From assembly GCA_002269645.1 (NCBI GenBank), contig NIVC01001514.1, forward strand, positions 136,253 to 200,252: a stretch of DNA of 64,000 bases, given 5' to 3'. Every line of letters starts with the position of its first letter. Within the stretch, counting starts at the first letter, position 1. Below, piece after piece: positions 25,810-38,800 of the stretch. Below the pieces are notes generated by a model. That model was given only the letters and a program-made list of their open reading frames with translations. It ran no database searches and had not been told where the DNA came from. This DNA is from Macrostomum lignano (lineage: Eukaryota). The translations under genes and the position numbers were made by a program.

Positions 25810-26390
25810 ATACACACTACAGCAGCAGGATAAACACTACAGCATCAGGATAAACACTACAGCATCAGGATAAACACTACAGCATCAGGATAAACACTGC
25901 AGAATCAGGATAAACACTGCAGAATCAGGATAAACACTACAGCATCAGGATAAACACTGCAGAATCAGGATAAACACTACAGCATCAGGATAAACACTAC
26001 AGCATCAGGATAAACACTACAGCATCAGGATAAACACTACAGCATCAGGATAAACACTACAGCATCAGGATAAACACTACAGCATCAGGATAAACACTAC
26101 AGCATCAGGATAAACACTACAGCATCAGGATAAACACTGCAGAATCAGGATAAACACTGCAGAATCAGGATAAACACTACAGCATCAGGATAAACACTGC
26201 AGAATCAGGATAAACACTACAGCATCAGGATAAACACTACAGCATCAGGATAAACACTACAGCATCAGGATAAACACTACAGCATCAGGATAAACACTAC
26301 AGCATCAGGATAAACACTACAGCATCAGGATAAACACTGCAGAATCAGGATAAACACTACAGCATCAGGATAAACACCACAGCATCAAGA
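25810..26390. repeat. 20-nt minisatellite AGCATCAGGATAAACACTAC
   Basis: Tandem copies, two variants. Confidence 0.96.
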
Positions 26391-26724
26391 TATACTGTAG
26401 TATTTATCTACATCAACACGGCCGAAAAAAATTAAGTAGTACAGAGGCTATAATAGTCAGAAAAAATAAACGGACAACTGAGACAGCTGGGACCACAGCA
26501 GTGAAGCTCGATTCAAAAGTACAAGTGCCGATAGAGTGATGCTTGATAGCTAAAATTATGTGGTGCAAAAATACACTACACACAGTTGTGAATAAGTACA
26601 TGAAAAATACCTGGCTTCAACATAAAAGAGCCTAATATTGCATCGAAACACTGATTAAGAATGTTTTCTCAGGCAAATAGCTGAGTACCTTTTTATTAGC
26701 TTTTTTACCCGGGTGACCCAGAAA

Positions 26725-28475
26725 TTGAGGAACTGGAAGGCTGGCCCAGCAACTGAGGATCTGGGAGGCTGGCACAGCAACTGACACTCTGGGAGGCTGG
26801 CCCAGAAACTGAGGATCTGGGAGGCTGGCCCAGCAACTGACACTCTGGGAGGCTGGCACAGCAACTGACACTCTGGGAGGCTGGCCCAGAAACTGAGGAT
26901 CTGGGAGGCTGGCACAGCAACTGACACTCTGGGAGGCTGGCCCAGCAACTGAGGATCTGGGAGGCTGGCACAGAAACTGAGGATCTGGGAGGCTGGCACA
27001 GCAACTGACACTCTGGGAGGCTGGCCCAGCAACTGACACTCTGGGAGGCTGGCCCAGCAACTGAGGATCTGGGAGGCTGACCAGCAACTGAGGATCTGGG
27101 AGGCTGGCCCAGAAACTGAGGATCTGGGAGGCTGGCACAGCAACTGACACTCTGGGAGGCTGGCCCAGCAACTGAGGATCTGGGAGGCTGGCCCAGAAAC
27201 TGAGGATCTGGGAGGCTGGCACAGCAACTGACACTCTGGGAGGCTGGCCCAGAAACTGAGGATCTGGGAGGCTGGCCCAGCAACTGAGGATCTGGGAGGC
27301 TGGCCCAGAAACTGAGGATCTGGGAGGCTGGCCCAGCAACTGAGGATCTGGGAGGCTGGCCCAGCAACTGAGGATCTGGGAGGTTGGCCCAGCAACTGAG
27401 GATCTGGGAGGCTGGCCCAGCAACTGAGGATCCGGGAGGTTGGCCCAGCAACTGAGGATCTGGGAGGCTGGCCCAGCAACTGAGGATCTGGGAGGCTGGC
27501 CCAGCAACTGAGGATCTGGGAGGCTGGATCAGCAGCTGAGGATCTGGGAGGCTGGTCCAGCAACTGAGGATCTGGGAGGTTGGCCCAGCAACTGAGGATC
27601 TGGGAGGCTGGCCCAGCAACTGAGGATCTGGGAGGCTGGATCAGCAGCTGAGGATCTGGGAGGCTGGCCCAGCAACTGAGGATCTGGGAGGCTGGCCCAG
27701 CAACTGAGGATCCGGGAGGCTGTCCCAGCAACTGAGGATCTGGGAGGCTGGCCCAGCAACTAAGGATCTGGGAGGCTGGCCCAGCAACTGAAGATCTGGG
27801 AGGCTGGCCCAGCAACTGACACTCTGGGAGGCTGGCCCAGAAACTGAGGATCTGGGAGGCTGGCCCAGCAACTGAGGATCTGGGAGGCTGGCCCAGAAAC
27901 TGAGGATCTGGGAGGCTGGCCCAGCAACTGAGGATCTGGGAGGCTGGCCCAGCAACTGAGGATCTGGGAGGTTGGCCCAGCAACTGAGGATCTGGGAGGC
28001 TGGCCCAGCAACTGAGGATCCGGGAGGTTGGCCCAGCAACTGAGGATCTGGGAGGCTGGCCCAGCAACTGAGGATCCGGGAGGTTGGCCCAGCAACTGAG
28101 GATCTGGGAGGCTGGCCCAGCAACTGAGGATCTGGGAGGCTGGCCCAGCAACTGAGGATCTGGGAGGCTGGATCAGCAGCTGAGGATCTGGGAGGCTGGT
28201 CCAGCAACTGAGGATCTGGGAGGTTGGCCCAGCAACTGAGGATCTGGGAGGCTGGCCCAGCAACTGAGGATCTGGGAGGCTGGATCAGCAGCTGAGGATC
28301 TGGGAGGCTGGCCCAGCAACTGAGGATCTGGGAGGCTGGCCCAGCAACTGAGGATCCGGGAGGCTGTCCCAGCAACTGAGGATCTGGGAGGCTGGCCCAG
28401 CAACTAAGGATCTGGGAGGCTGGCCCAGCAACTGAAGATCTGGGAGGCTGGCCCAGCAACTGAAGATCTGGGAGG
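26725..28475. repeat. 28-nt minisatellite GAGGCTGGCCCAGCAACTGAGGATCTGG
   Basis: About 62 copies; long minus-strand ORFs are artefacts. Confidence 0.96.
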
Positions 28476-28623
28476 GCAGCCCAGGTAATCATTAATTTGT
28501 GATGACGTGTTGGCTACCCGCTTCGCTAGAGGTATAACATGAAAATAGTAATCTATAATACACAAAACAAGCCGCAATTTCATACAGATCACCAGGGCAG
28601 CGTCACACACGCTAGCTGCAGCG

Positions 28624-31600
28624 CTATTCAGCGACTTTTCTACTCGGCAGCAACGGGACAACCAGCCGATCCCACTGCTCGTTCAGCTGCTCAGGAGAGC
28701 ATTCCGCGTCGAGAACGACCACGCGATCGGCCCCGATTGGCGGTCGAGAGTCGGCACTGGCCAGCCAGCTCTCGTGCAGTTCGTGCATTCCGGCTAGCAG
28801 CTCCTGGCCCAAGTGAAATAAAATTAGCTAAGGTCCATTGGGGAGGCTGCTTCATTTTGGTTGTACTTTTTGTTGTTATTGACGACCTAATGTCTACCAG
28901 CCTTTCATTCAGTTTCTCCCGTCTTCTGCTTTTCCTTCAGTTGCTCCCGCTTTCTGCTTTTACTTCAGTTCCTCCCGTCTTCTGCTTTTCCCTTAGCAGC
29001 CGTCTTCTTTCCCGTCTTCTTTTTCCGTCTTCTGCTTTTTCCTTAGTTCCTCCCGTCGTCTGCTTTTCCTTAGTTCCTCCCGTCGTCTGCTTTTCCCTTA
29101 GTTCCTCCCGTCGTCTGCTTTTCCTTCAGTTTCTTCCCGTCTTCTGCTTTTCCCTTAGTTCCTCCCGTCTTCTGCTTTTCCCTTAGTTCCTCTCGTCTTC
29201 TGCTTTTCCTTCAGTTTCTTCCCGTCTTCTGCTTTTCCCTTAGTTCCTCTCGTCTTCTGCTTTTCCCTTAGTTCCTCTCGTCTTCTGCTTTTCCCTTAGT
29301 TCCTCTCGTCTTCTGCTTTTCCCTTAGTTCCTCTCGTCTTCTGCTTTTCCCTTAGTTCCTCTCGTCTTCTGCTTTTCCCTTAGTTCCTCCCGTCTTCTGC
29401 TTTTTCCTTAGTTCCTCCCGTCGTCTGCTTTTCCCTTAGTTCCCCCGTCTTCTGCTTTTCCTTCAGTTTCTTCCCGTCTTCTGCTTTTCCTTCAGTTTCT
29501 TCCCGTCTTCTGCTTTTCCTTCAGTTTCTTCCCGTCTTCTGCTTTTCCTTCAGTTTCTTCCCGTCTTCTGCTTTTCCTTCAGTTCCCCCCGTCTTCTGAT
29601 TTTCCTTCAGTTCCCCCCGTCTTCTGATTTTCCTTCAGTTCCCCCCGTCTTCTGATTTTCCTTCAGTTCCCCCCGTCTTCTGCTTTTCCTTCAGTTTCTT
29701 CCCGTCTTCTGCTTTTCCTTCAGTTTCTTCCCGTCTTCTGCTTTTCTTTCAGTTCCTCCCGTCTTCTGCTTTTCCTTCAGTTCCCCCCGTCTTCTGATTT
29801 TCCTTCAGTTCCCCCCGTCTTCTGCTTTTCCTTCAGTTTCTTCCCGTCTTCTGCTTTTCCTTCAGTTTCTTCCCGTCTTCTGCTTTTCCCTTAGCAGCCG
29901 TCTTCTTTCCCGTCTTCTTTTTCCGTCTTCTGCTTTTCTTTCAGTTCCTCCCGTCTTCTGCTTTTCCTTCAGTTCCCCCGTCTTCTGCTTTTCCTTCAGT
30001 TCCTCCTGCCTTCTGCTTTTCTCTTAGTTTCTCCTCCCATCTGCTTTTTCTTCAGTTCTTCCCGTTTTCTGCTTCTCTGTCATCAGTTGCTCCCGCTTTC
30101 TGCTTTTTCTTCAGTTCCTCCCATTTTCTGCCTTTTCTTCAGTTCCTTCTGTCTTCTGCTTTTTCTTCAGTTCCTCCCATTTTCTGCTTTTTCTTCAGTT
30201 CCTTCTGTCTTCTGCTTTTTCTTCAGTTCCTCCCTTCAGGTGACCCTGTCTTCTGCTCTGTTATGCACAAGTGTAGTTTGTTTACTGTTCTGACTACCTA
30301 TTTCTATGGTCATATCAGACCGCTTTTGGAAGTCTCAGGTTACTTCTGTTTGCTAACAAATAATTCCACTTTATTGCTGCAACCATGTTCAGCGGCGACC
30401 GATATTTTGGCGTAATCCTCTTAACTTATAACATGCTCCTTCTCTTTTAGTACAAGATTTCAACGAGACAACTTTGCGGTAGAACACAGAGATTAGCGAT
30501 TAAGAAAGAAACACAATAGGAGCCTTTCAGAGAACAAAAATTCGGGCATTACTGCTCTGATTGCTACTTTCCAACTGCTCAGAGGATCAGCTGCCTTGGT
30601 TGCCTATTTATCCGGCGTCTCTGCCCCCTCTCAGACTTAGCATGAAATTAGTATATAAAAAAACAAATAAATCACGCGGATCGCACAGCCGCATAAATGC
30701 GAGTTTTTGGTTAGAAAAATACAAAGCAGACTTGCAAAAAATTAAGGCCACCGCTTATTCCACCCATCGGATCGCGATCCATCAGTCTAATTGACGACTA
30801 ATTAATAATTAATCTGGATAATGGGGAATATTAATCTATTCTAATTGGTGTGTGATTAGCTCGCACAGGGCACAACATCAATTATTTCCGATACAAATTG
30901 GCTGCAAAAATGACAATTTAAAAAAATATGCAAATACATTTAACGGGAATTAAAATTCTAATTAGACTACTGACAAGTAGAAACATAAAAAACAAATTAC
31001 TCTTCAGGTTAATCAAGCAGGACAAATAGAGAACTCACAAGGCTGATGCCTCTCTCCTCGTTTCTATCGCGCCGGCGAACCCGTTCAAGGCAAACAGACG
31101 GACTGGCTCTCAGGTAAACTGCGGCGGGCAACGCGAAATGCGCGTTGGTTAGTGAGATCCAGCGAATTCGATTTGCTACGACCAATATCACACTTTGCCG
31201 AGTGGAATGGCCTCCAAAATCGTCATCCACAAATTCCTGGCTAACACCACTTCGATCCCTCTCCCTACAACCCTTTGATCCCTCTGTCTACAAACCTTCG
31301 ATCCTTCTCCCTATCACCCTGTGATCCCTCTCCCTACAACCCTTCGATCCCTCTCCTTACAACCCCTTCGATCCCTCTCCCTACAACCCTTTGATCCCTC
31401 TGTCTACAAACCTTCGATCCTTCTCCCTATCACCCTGTGATCCCTCTCCCTACAACCCTTCGATCCCTCTCCCTACAACCCCTTCGAGCCCTCTCCCTAC
31501 AACCCTTCGATCCCTCTCCCTACAACCCTTCGATCCCTCTCCCTACAACCCCTTCAAGCCCTCTCCCTACAACCCTTCGATCCCTCTCCCTACAACCTCT

Positions 31601-32527
31601 TCGAGCCCTCTCCCTACAACCCTTCGATCCCTCTCCCTACAACCCCTTCGATCCCTTTCCCTACAACCCCTTCGAGCCCTCTCCCTACAACCCTTCGATC
31701 CCTCTCCCTACAAACCTTCGATCCCTCTCCCTACAACCCTTCGATCCCTCTCCCTACAACCATTTGATTCCTGTCCCTACACTTTGTTCCCTTTCTCTAC
31801 AATCCTTTGATCCCTCTCACTACTACCTTTCGAACGCAGGCAACTCACTAATCAGATCCAGATGGTAGAGCTGATTCTCAATAAACGATTTGTACCACTG
31901 ACACAGAATTTCATAGTCGCAGCTCTCCAATTGGCCCCTGAATAAGAAGATGGAATGGCGAATATGAATTGGAAGCATTGGATGCGGACTCCTATGAGAT
32001 GCGGACTCCTATGAGATGCGGATTCCTATGAGATGCGGATTCCTATGAGATGCGGATTCCTATGAGATGGGGATTCTTATGAGATGGGGATTCTTATGAG
32101 ATGGGGATTCTTATGAGATGGGGATTAGTATGAGATGGGGATTATTATACGTGACACAGATGAGGATTCTTATTGCTGAATTCAAGTAGCTGGTTTATTT
32201 AAATTTTCACCTCTGATGCAGACTCTTCACAAATATTTGAGCACACGAATGAAGTGTTCTCTCTATCAGACATGGTCCTTCGCTCACTAGGTCGGCCTGG
32301 CGATGCCCATCAACCATAGTGAGCATAACGTAGGCTTGAAATAAATTTGACCAACGAATCGGGTCGCTGTACATCAGCTGCAGCAGATTAATGCCATTGA
32401 AGTCAGTCCACTTTTCCACCGGTTCGTCAACGAATTTTAATGGTTCCAACGAACCATTGTTAATACGGCGTTTTAACTCGGCCACAAGTGAAGTTTTTCC
32501 GCTGCCAATGTTGCCTTCAAGGCCAGC
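28624..32527 (-). CDS. dnk: Deoxynucleoside kinase (TK2/dNK family); exons 32527-32211, 31937-31849, 31118-31039, 28803-28624; 221 aa recovered, 5' end not located
   Basis: P-loop EGNIGSGKT, EPVEKW, LLQLMYSDP..W, FQAYVMLT, ERTLHS, QWYKSF, DLIIYLRASPSVCLERVRRRDRNEE lid, MHELHESWL; GT-AG junctions in phases 2,1,0. Confidence 0.9.
28905..30240. repeat. 28-29-nt pyrimidine-rich minisatellite GTCTTCTGCTTTTCCTTCAGTTCCTCCC in a dNK intron
   Basis: Tandem copies. Confidence 0.93.
31250..31830. repeat. 24-25-nt minisatellite CCTTCGATCCCTCTCCCTACAACC in a dNK intron
   Basis: Tandem copies. Confidence 0.92.
31980..32150. repeat. 17-nt minisatellite TATGAGATGCGGATTCC in a dNK intron
   Basis: About 10 copies with gradual drift. 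Confidence 0.9.
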
Positions 32528-32547
32528 CTGAGAACGAGAATAGAAAG

Positions 32548-33110
32548 CAAATCTCACAGCTGGCAAATCTCATAGGGGCTCTGGCAAATCTCACAACTGG
32601 AAAATCTCACAGCTGGCAAATCTCACAGCTGTCAAATCTCACAGCAAATCTCACAGCTGGCATATCTCACAGCTGGCATATCTCACAGCTGGCATATCTC
32701 ACAGCTGGCAAATCTCACAGCTGTCAAATCTCACAGCTGGCAAATTTCACAGCTAGCAAATCTCACAGCTAGCAAATCTCACAGCTGTCAAATCTCACAG
32801 CTGGCATATCTCACAGCTGGCAAATCTCACAGGGGCTCTGGCAAATCTCACAACTGGAAAATCTCACAGCTGGCAAATCTCACAGCTGGAAAATCTCACA
32901 GCTGGCATATCTCACAGCTGGCATATTTTACAGCTAGCAAATCTCACAGCTGGCATATCTCACAGCTGGCAAATCTCACAGCTGGCAAATCTCACAGCTG
33001 TCAAATTTCACAGCTAGCAAATCTCACAGCTGGCAAATCTCATAGCTGGCAAATCTCACAGCTGTCAAATCTCACAGCTAGCAAATCTTATACTAAATCT
33101 CATAGCTAGT
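32548..33110. repeat. 16-nt minisatellite AAATCTCACAGCTGGC upstream of the first recognised dNK exon
   Basis: Tandem copies. Confidence 0.92.
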
Positions 33111-34704
33111 TTTTAAGGATTATAGATAGAACTAACTAAATAGATTAACAAAGTATCTCACAATAAATTTTGTCCGCTGCTCAACATCTTTGCAGACAGT
33201 ATGCATACATAAAATATGAGTTCTATTTGGACCAAGTGCAGGTAAGCTTTTGAATGGACTGAAGAAATTTCCCTTCAGTTTATAATTAAGAATTATTCTT
33301 GAATTCTGAAATTAGTAAAACAAATAAATAAAATAGTTTCATTTTTACACTAAATGAACATATTAGTTCAGATAAAAAGTCAAATCAATAGAAAAAATAT
33401 AAACATTAGATTAATAATATAGTTCAAAATTAAAATAATAAATATTATAATTATTAAAGGCATTTCTAAGGTTACCTTGTCAAAAGACCAATCATAGCAG
33501 AGAACTAACAATCACAAATCCAATGCATAATTGCATAATTATATGCAATTGAATCATTGCAAGACAATAAAATATTATTAATAGATAAATGTTAGGGCCT
33601 AGTCTTTAATTGAATTTCATAACTATAATTTAGTATTTTAGACCCAAATCTGGACTTAATTTTTTATTGTAATTTTTAAACACTAAAAACCAAGGATTTA
33701 AGAGACAAGGCATAATCATTTTGTCTTTCATGTTAATCTAATATCAATTGCAACTTGCAAGGCTAAAATAATTTTAAACTATTATTTAATTACATGTCAA
33801 CATAGCTAGCAATTAGTTATTTGTACTTAAAATAGTTTGTACAATACTTTTCTAGAGTCAAAAAAATTTAACAAACAGAACTTGACAATTCCCAAATAAT
33901 TTTCACTGGTATCATTCATTGATATTATATAAATAAGGTTGTATATAGCAATAATAACTAGGATTGATGGCTAACAGGGTCAATAGTTAAGTTTCCTTTA
34001 CTTACTACTGATAGATACAGTAAAAATAAATTACAGTAGGCCCAACTCCAAGGTCCTGTTAGTGTTAGGGCTATGACCATGATGATCATTTCATAAATGG
34101 CAAAATATATAAAGCAGAAAAAAAGCAAATAAAAATTTCAAACAGCAAAATGCATTAGCTGTATTTAAAAAACGCCCAGCAAAGTGGCAAACCTTGACAT
34201 ACTCTTTTAAAACATGGGAAAATTAGAAAAATATAGCTAGTATACTACACTAAGTAAAGTATTAGCATATACTATATGTTAGGCAAGGTACACAAGTTTT
34301 TTATTTTAAAAGTCTTTCGACAACCATCGCCTGCACAACCTTGATAGCTAATGTTAATCAAATTACTAAATAATAGCTTACTAGGCCTAACATATTTGTA
34401 ACATAAGCAACAGAGTGAAGTGGGCACGCACGTCACGTCACGGAAAATTTCCCATTATCGTGGATTATCTTTTAAATTATCGCGCGGTCAATAAGCAATT
34501 AGTTTCATGAGAAATAACAATGCATCCGGAACTTTGACAAATAATTTAGCTCTATAAACATACATGGCTTTTATACCATAATACAGTTTTTAAACTATCA
34601 ACATTGGTAGGGATGAATGAAACATTTTTTCTATAAATATTAGTGATTGATCGCATAAAAACTCTGTTTAAGTAGGGTCCATGAATAAGCTTAAGCTATA
34701 TATG

Positions 34705-35052
34705 CAGGCGCGTCGCCACCGGGGGGGGGGAAACAAAAACAAAAAGCTCTGGGGGGACATGTCAATGCTTTGTCCCCCCACCCCCACCTTGTGAGTCGCT
34801 TTGGTAATCAAAAATTTTTCTTCGGGGTGCCAAAATATAGCGCCTTCGGCGCTAAAATGATCGTGCCTGCGGCGCTAAAAGAAATGCATGCGGTGCTAAA
34901 ATGAGTGCTTTCAGCGCTAAAAGGAGTGCCTGCGGCGCCAAAATGAGTGCCTGCGGTGCCAAAAGGAGTGTCAAAATTTAGTCATGTATACATGTACATG
35001 TTGAATTCTTGGCTTTGTCCCCCCTACCATAAAATCCATGGCGACGCCATTG
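34705..35052 (-). mobile_element. hAT-type MITE, short allele with about 5 internal 21-nt units
   Basis: TIRs CAGGCGCGTCGCCA / TGGCGACGCCATTG; reverse complement of the 40405-41514 element; TSD only partly retained (TATATATG / GCCATATG). Confidence 0.8.
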
Positions 35053-35876
35053 GCCATATGTGAACTGAATCAGTAAAGCAGACGCGGGAGAAAATAAAGA
35101 CGAGACTAATAGCAGGGGCACAACCATGGGGTAAGTACATGCCTAAGTACATGCCCGCCCTATCGCCCCCCCAATCCGCCCCCAACAAATTTCCGGATTT
35201 CTGATTGCGCTACTAAGACTAAGATTGTACAGGCTACAAAATCAAGCATCAGATTTCTCAACGGTTGCTTATAAATAGTCATTTTCTCTTGTCAGATTGT
35301 TCTTTTTTATCTTGATTACTTGGATTTCGCTGGATGTACACGAAACATTAATATTATGTATGGACTCGCTTTTGTTACTAAAACTCGAGATACAAAACGA
35401 AGAATGTCTGAATTAAAAAAGTTATATGAAGACAGCGACCAGAAGGACTGGATCAAAGCCATTAGCAAGAATTCATAAAAATTCAGAATGAACACTGAGA
35501 CTGTTACATGTAATTGTTCGACAAAGCTGAATACAATATCATCAGGAATTTATTCGGGTTCTCTACAGAACAAAACTGAACTCACTTATCCGGATTCGAC
35601 TCTCGCATGTATAACTTTCCATTTCTTTTTTCTTGGCAGATTTCTTTTTCGCAAGATTTCTTTTCCACGTGCTTGACTGCGAAGCAACTAAAAGTGCACA
35701 ATGGCTTACAACAGTTATCTATGGCTAATCCTGTTACAAGCTAAGGCTAAGGCAAAGGCAAAATACAATTGCGCTTATCATTTTAAAGAAAAGACCCAAG
35801 ATCCGGCAGCCCTAATTCAATGCTATAAAAATCACCATCTTAGCCTAATTACTGCATAAACATAAATTAACTACGA

Positions 35877-38800
35877 ATGCTTAGGCCCTCGATGGACCGG
35901 CTGTTGGACTCTTACGATGTCATCGTGGTGGGCACCGGCATCACGGAGGCTATGCTATCATCCGCTCTCGGCAGGGCTCGCAGCAGCGTGCTTCATCTGG
36001 ACGCCAACGGTTACTATGGTGACGTTTGGGCAACAAAATCTCTCACTGAATTCGTCCTGTGGCTGTCGAGGCCGGCGCCCGAGGAGCCGCAGCAGCCTGC
36101 GCCAGTGACCACCGCATCCGACAGGACGGGCGCCGTGTCCACAGTTCGACTGCCAACGGCCGATGCCAGCGTGGCCAACAGGGACTGGTTCTGGGCGCCG
36201 CGGCTGCAGGAGGAAATGGAGGTCAATAGGGAGAATCTGCTGCAACGGGTGAGTTTTTCGGCAAGTCTCGCGCTTTAACTTAGAAACCGCGAAACTGTAC
36301 TATTAGTAGCAATTTGAATTTCTAAAAGTAGCAATTTGGATCAGATAGAGAAATCCAGCTCATGGCTGCAGGCCAGTAAAAAGGAGAAGGGAGAGAGGGG
36401 AGATGAGAGAAGATGAGAGAGGGGAGAGAGGAGATCGGAGAGAGGAGCGAGGAAGTAAGAGAGCTGAGAAGAGACAAACCTTGATAGAGATTTGCCATTG
36501 CCATTGTAAAGTTTCAAAGGACGCGAGGACCGGAATAGAGAGGCTTCTGAGGGCTGCATATGTTCTGTTCTCTCTCTGAGGGCCGACCCCTGTTCTAACT
36601 CGTCACTATCATCAAAATTTGCTCACCTGTGTGTTTGTTCAATGCTTGGTTATCTGTTTACGTGTATATATTCTGAAATTTCATGATATCATGCCACTTC
36701 AAAGGTGTTCTATTGTGTCCTTGTTGTTAGCTGAAAGAAACAGTTTGTTAGCCTACTACGAGATACATTTTTTGTACCTTCTATTTTTTATAAAAAAAAG
36801 AAGGAAAAAAATTACATCCTATAGCTAAACAAATTTTGTTGCTCACAACCGGGACAGGACAAACTTCAGTTGTTTACATCCGGGTTTAAATCCAGGGGTC
36901 CGCAAACTCAGGCCTCGGGTCCTTTGAAACTTCACAATAGCATCCGGGCCGCTCGAGGTTTGTGTCTCTTCTCAGCTCTCTTCTCTCCTTTTCCTTTCTC
37001 TGCTATATGTCATTTCATTTCATCTCTCCTTATCTCCTCTTTCCTGATCTCTTTTCTCTCCTCAATTCCCTGTTCTTTTTTTCCTATATCTCACCTGGCC
37101 CGCGGTCATGAGCTAGATTCCTTATCAGCCCCTCGAGATACAAAAAAATTATTTCGACCCTTGGCTTTTACAAGTTCAACGTGTGTGACGCCAACTGGCT
37201 TTTTACATACTATTCATAAAGATAGAAAGCTTCAGCCCAATGCTTTTTCAAAGGCGGAAGCTACGACTCTGAGAGGGGGGGGGGTTGAAATGGGGGGCCC
37301 ATCACAAGCTCGAAAAATCACATCGTCGAAAAGCATCTACCATCACAAGCTCGAAAAGTCGAAAAGCATCTACCATCACAAGCTCGAAAAGTCATAAGCT
37401 CGAAAAATCATATCGTCGAAAAGGTTAGCAACCACCATCACAAGCTCGAATAGGGTTAGGGTTAGACCTTGTGCCTTAGGGTTAGGGTTTAGGGTTAAGT
37501 TTAGGGTTGGGGTCGGGGTTAGTGCCTTAGGGTTATGGTTCAGGGTTAGGCTAGGGTACTGGTGCCTTAGGGTTAGTGCCTTGGGGTTAGGCTTAGAGCT
37601 TGTGTCTTTTCGAGCTTGTGATGATGTTTGCTAAACTTTTCGACGATGTGATTTTTCGAGCTTATGACTTTTCGAGCTTGTGATGGTGGCTACTAAATCA
37701 GTTTTCGACGATGTGATTTTTCGAGCTTGTGATGGCGACCCCTCTAGCTTGGATAGTCAGGCAGTTTACTGTTTTGGGACTTCTGGCAAAGAATAAAGTC
37801 AAAGATTTTTAAACTGTTTTGTATTGTGAGTGTCAGCTGTGGCCATGATGCAAGTGTCAGTGAGCTTTGAAAGAAGTGTCCGGGGCGCCAAAATATTTGT
37901 TTCTGACTGAGTTCTGACACAAATGAATTGAGTTCCAGTGTTGTTTAAAATGCATGTCAGAGACTTTCTCGCATATTCAGCGGACAAAGATAATTTTAAA
38001 TCCGGTTTGTAAACCGATCGGACTTCCTCAGGAGCAGGCTCGTCCGGACATTCGAGGCGACCGGCCGTCTCGAGTCAGTCTGCAGCAGCTGGTGAATCAG
38101 AACCGCCGCTTCAACTTGGACATCTCGCCTAGGCTGACGTTCGCCCGCAGCGGCCTCATGAACCTGCTGCACCGCACCGGCCTGGGCTTCTATTCGGACA
38201 TTCAACGAGTCGGCCGGTGCCTGCACATGAGGCAGAGCGGCCGGTTAATCAGCCTACCAGTAGAACCTGCCGGCATCGAGTCCTGGCCGAGACTGTCCGA
38301 GAGCGAGAGAATCTCCTTGGCCAGCTTTTTGCAGCAGTGCAGAAGCTGGCCGGCCTCGCTGCCGGACCAGCAGCTGCCGCTCTTTCCCGGTGCCGCGGCT
38401 GACGAGCGCCAGTTGCCGAAGACGCTGGACGAGCTGCTTGAACTGTCTGGCGTCACCAGTCCGCTGGCCAAGTCTCTAGTTATCGAGTCCTACGCTATGT
38501 GCCAGCCCGACGAAGACGCATTCGAAGGTGTTCGTCGAATCCAGCGCTACCTGAGCTCGCTGCCGGACGAGTCCGAGTCGCGGCTGGGCCCCCTGGCCTG
38601 GGTCCACTACGGTAGCAACGAAATCGCCGAGGTGTTCTGCCGTCACTCTGCCGTCTGGGGCGCCACCTTCGTGCTCCGGCGCGGAGTCGAGTCGGTTAAT
38701 ATCGAGGACGGCCGCGTCACCGGCGTCACTTTAAGCGGCGGGGCGCGCGAACGAGTCAGCGCCCGTCAATTGGTTTTGAACGCGCGCTACGCCCCGGCGC

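Noticed and set aside
31119-31230. 5' part of ORF 31009-31230 as dNK coding sequence
   Set aside because: The real acceptor is at 31119; the missing helix is encoded by a separate 89-nt exon at 31937-31849
28624-32527. Viral or endogenous-virus thymidine kinase
   Set aside because: Three canonical spliceosomal introns and no viral neighbours
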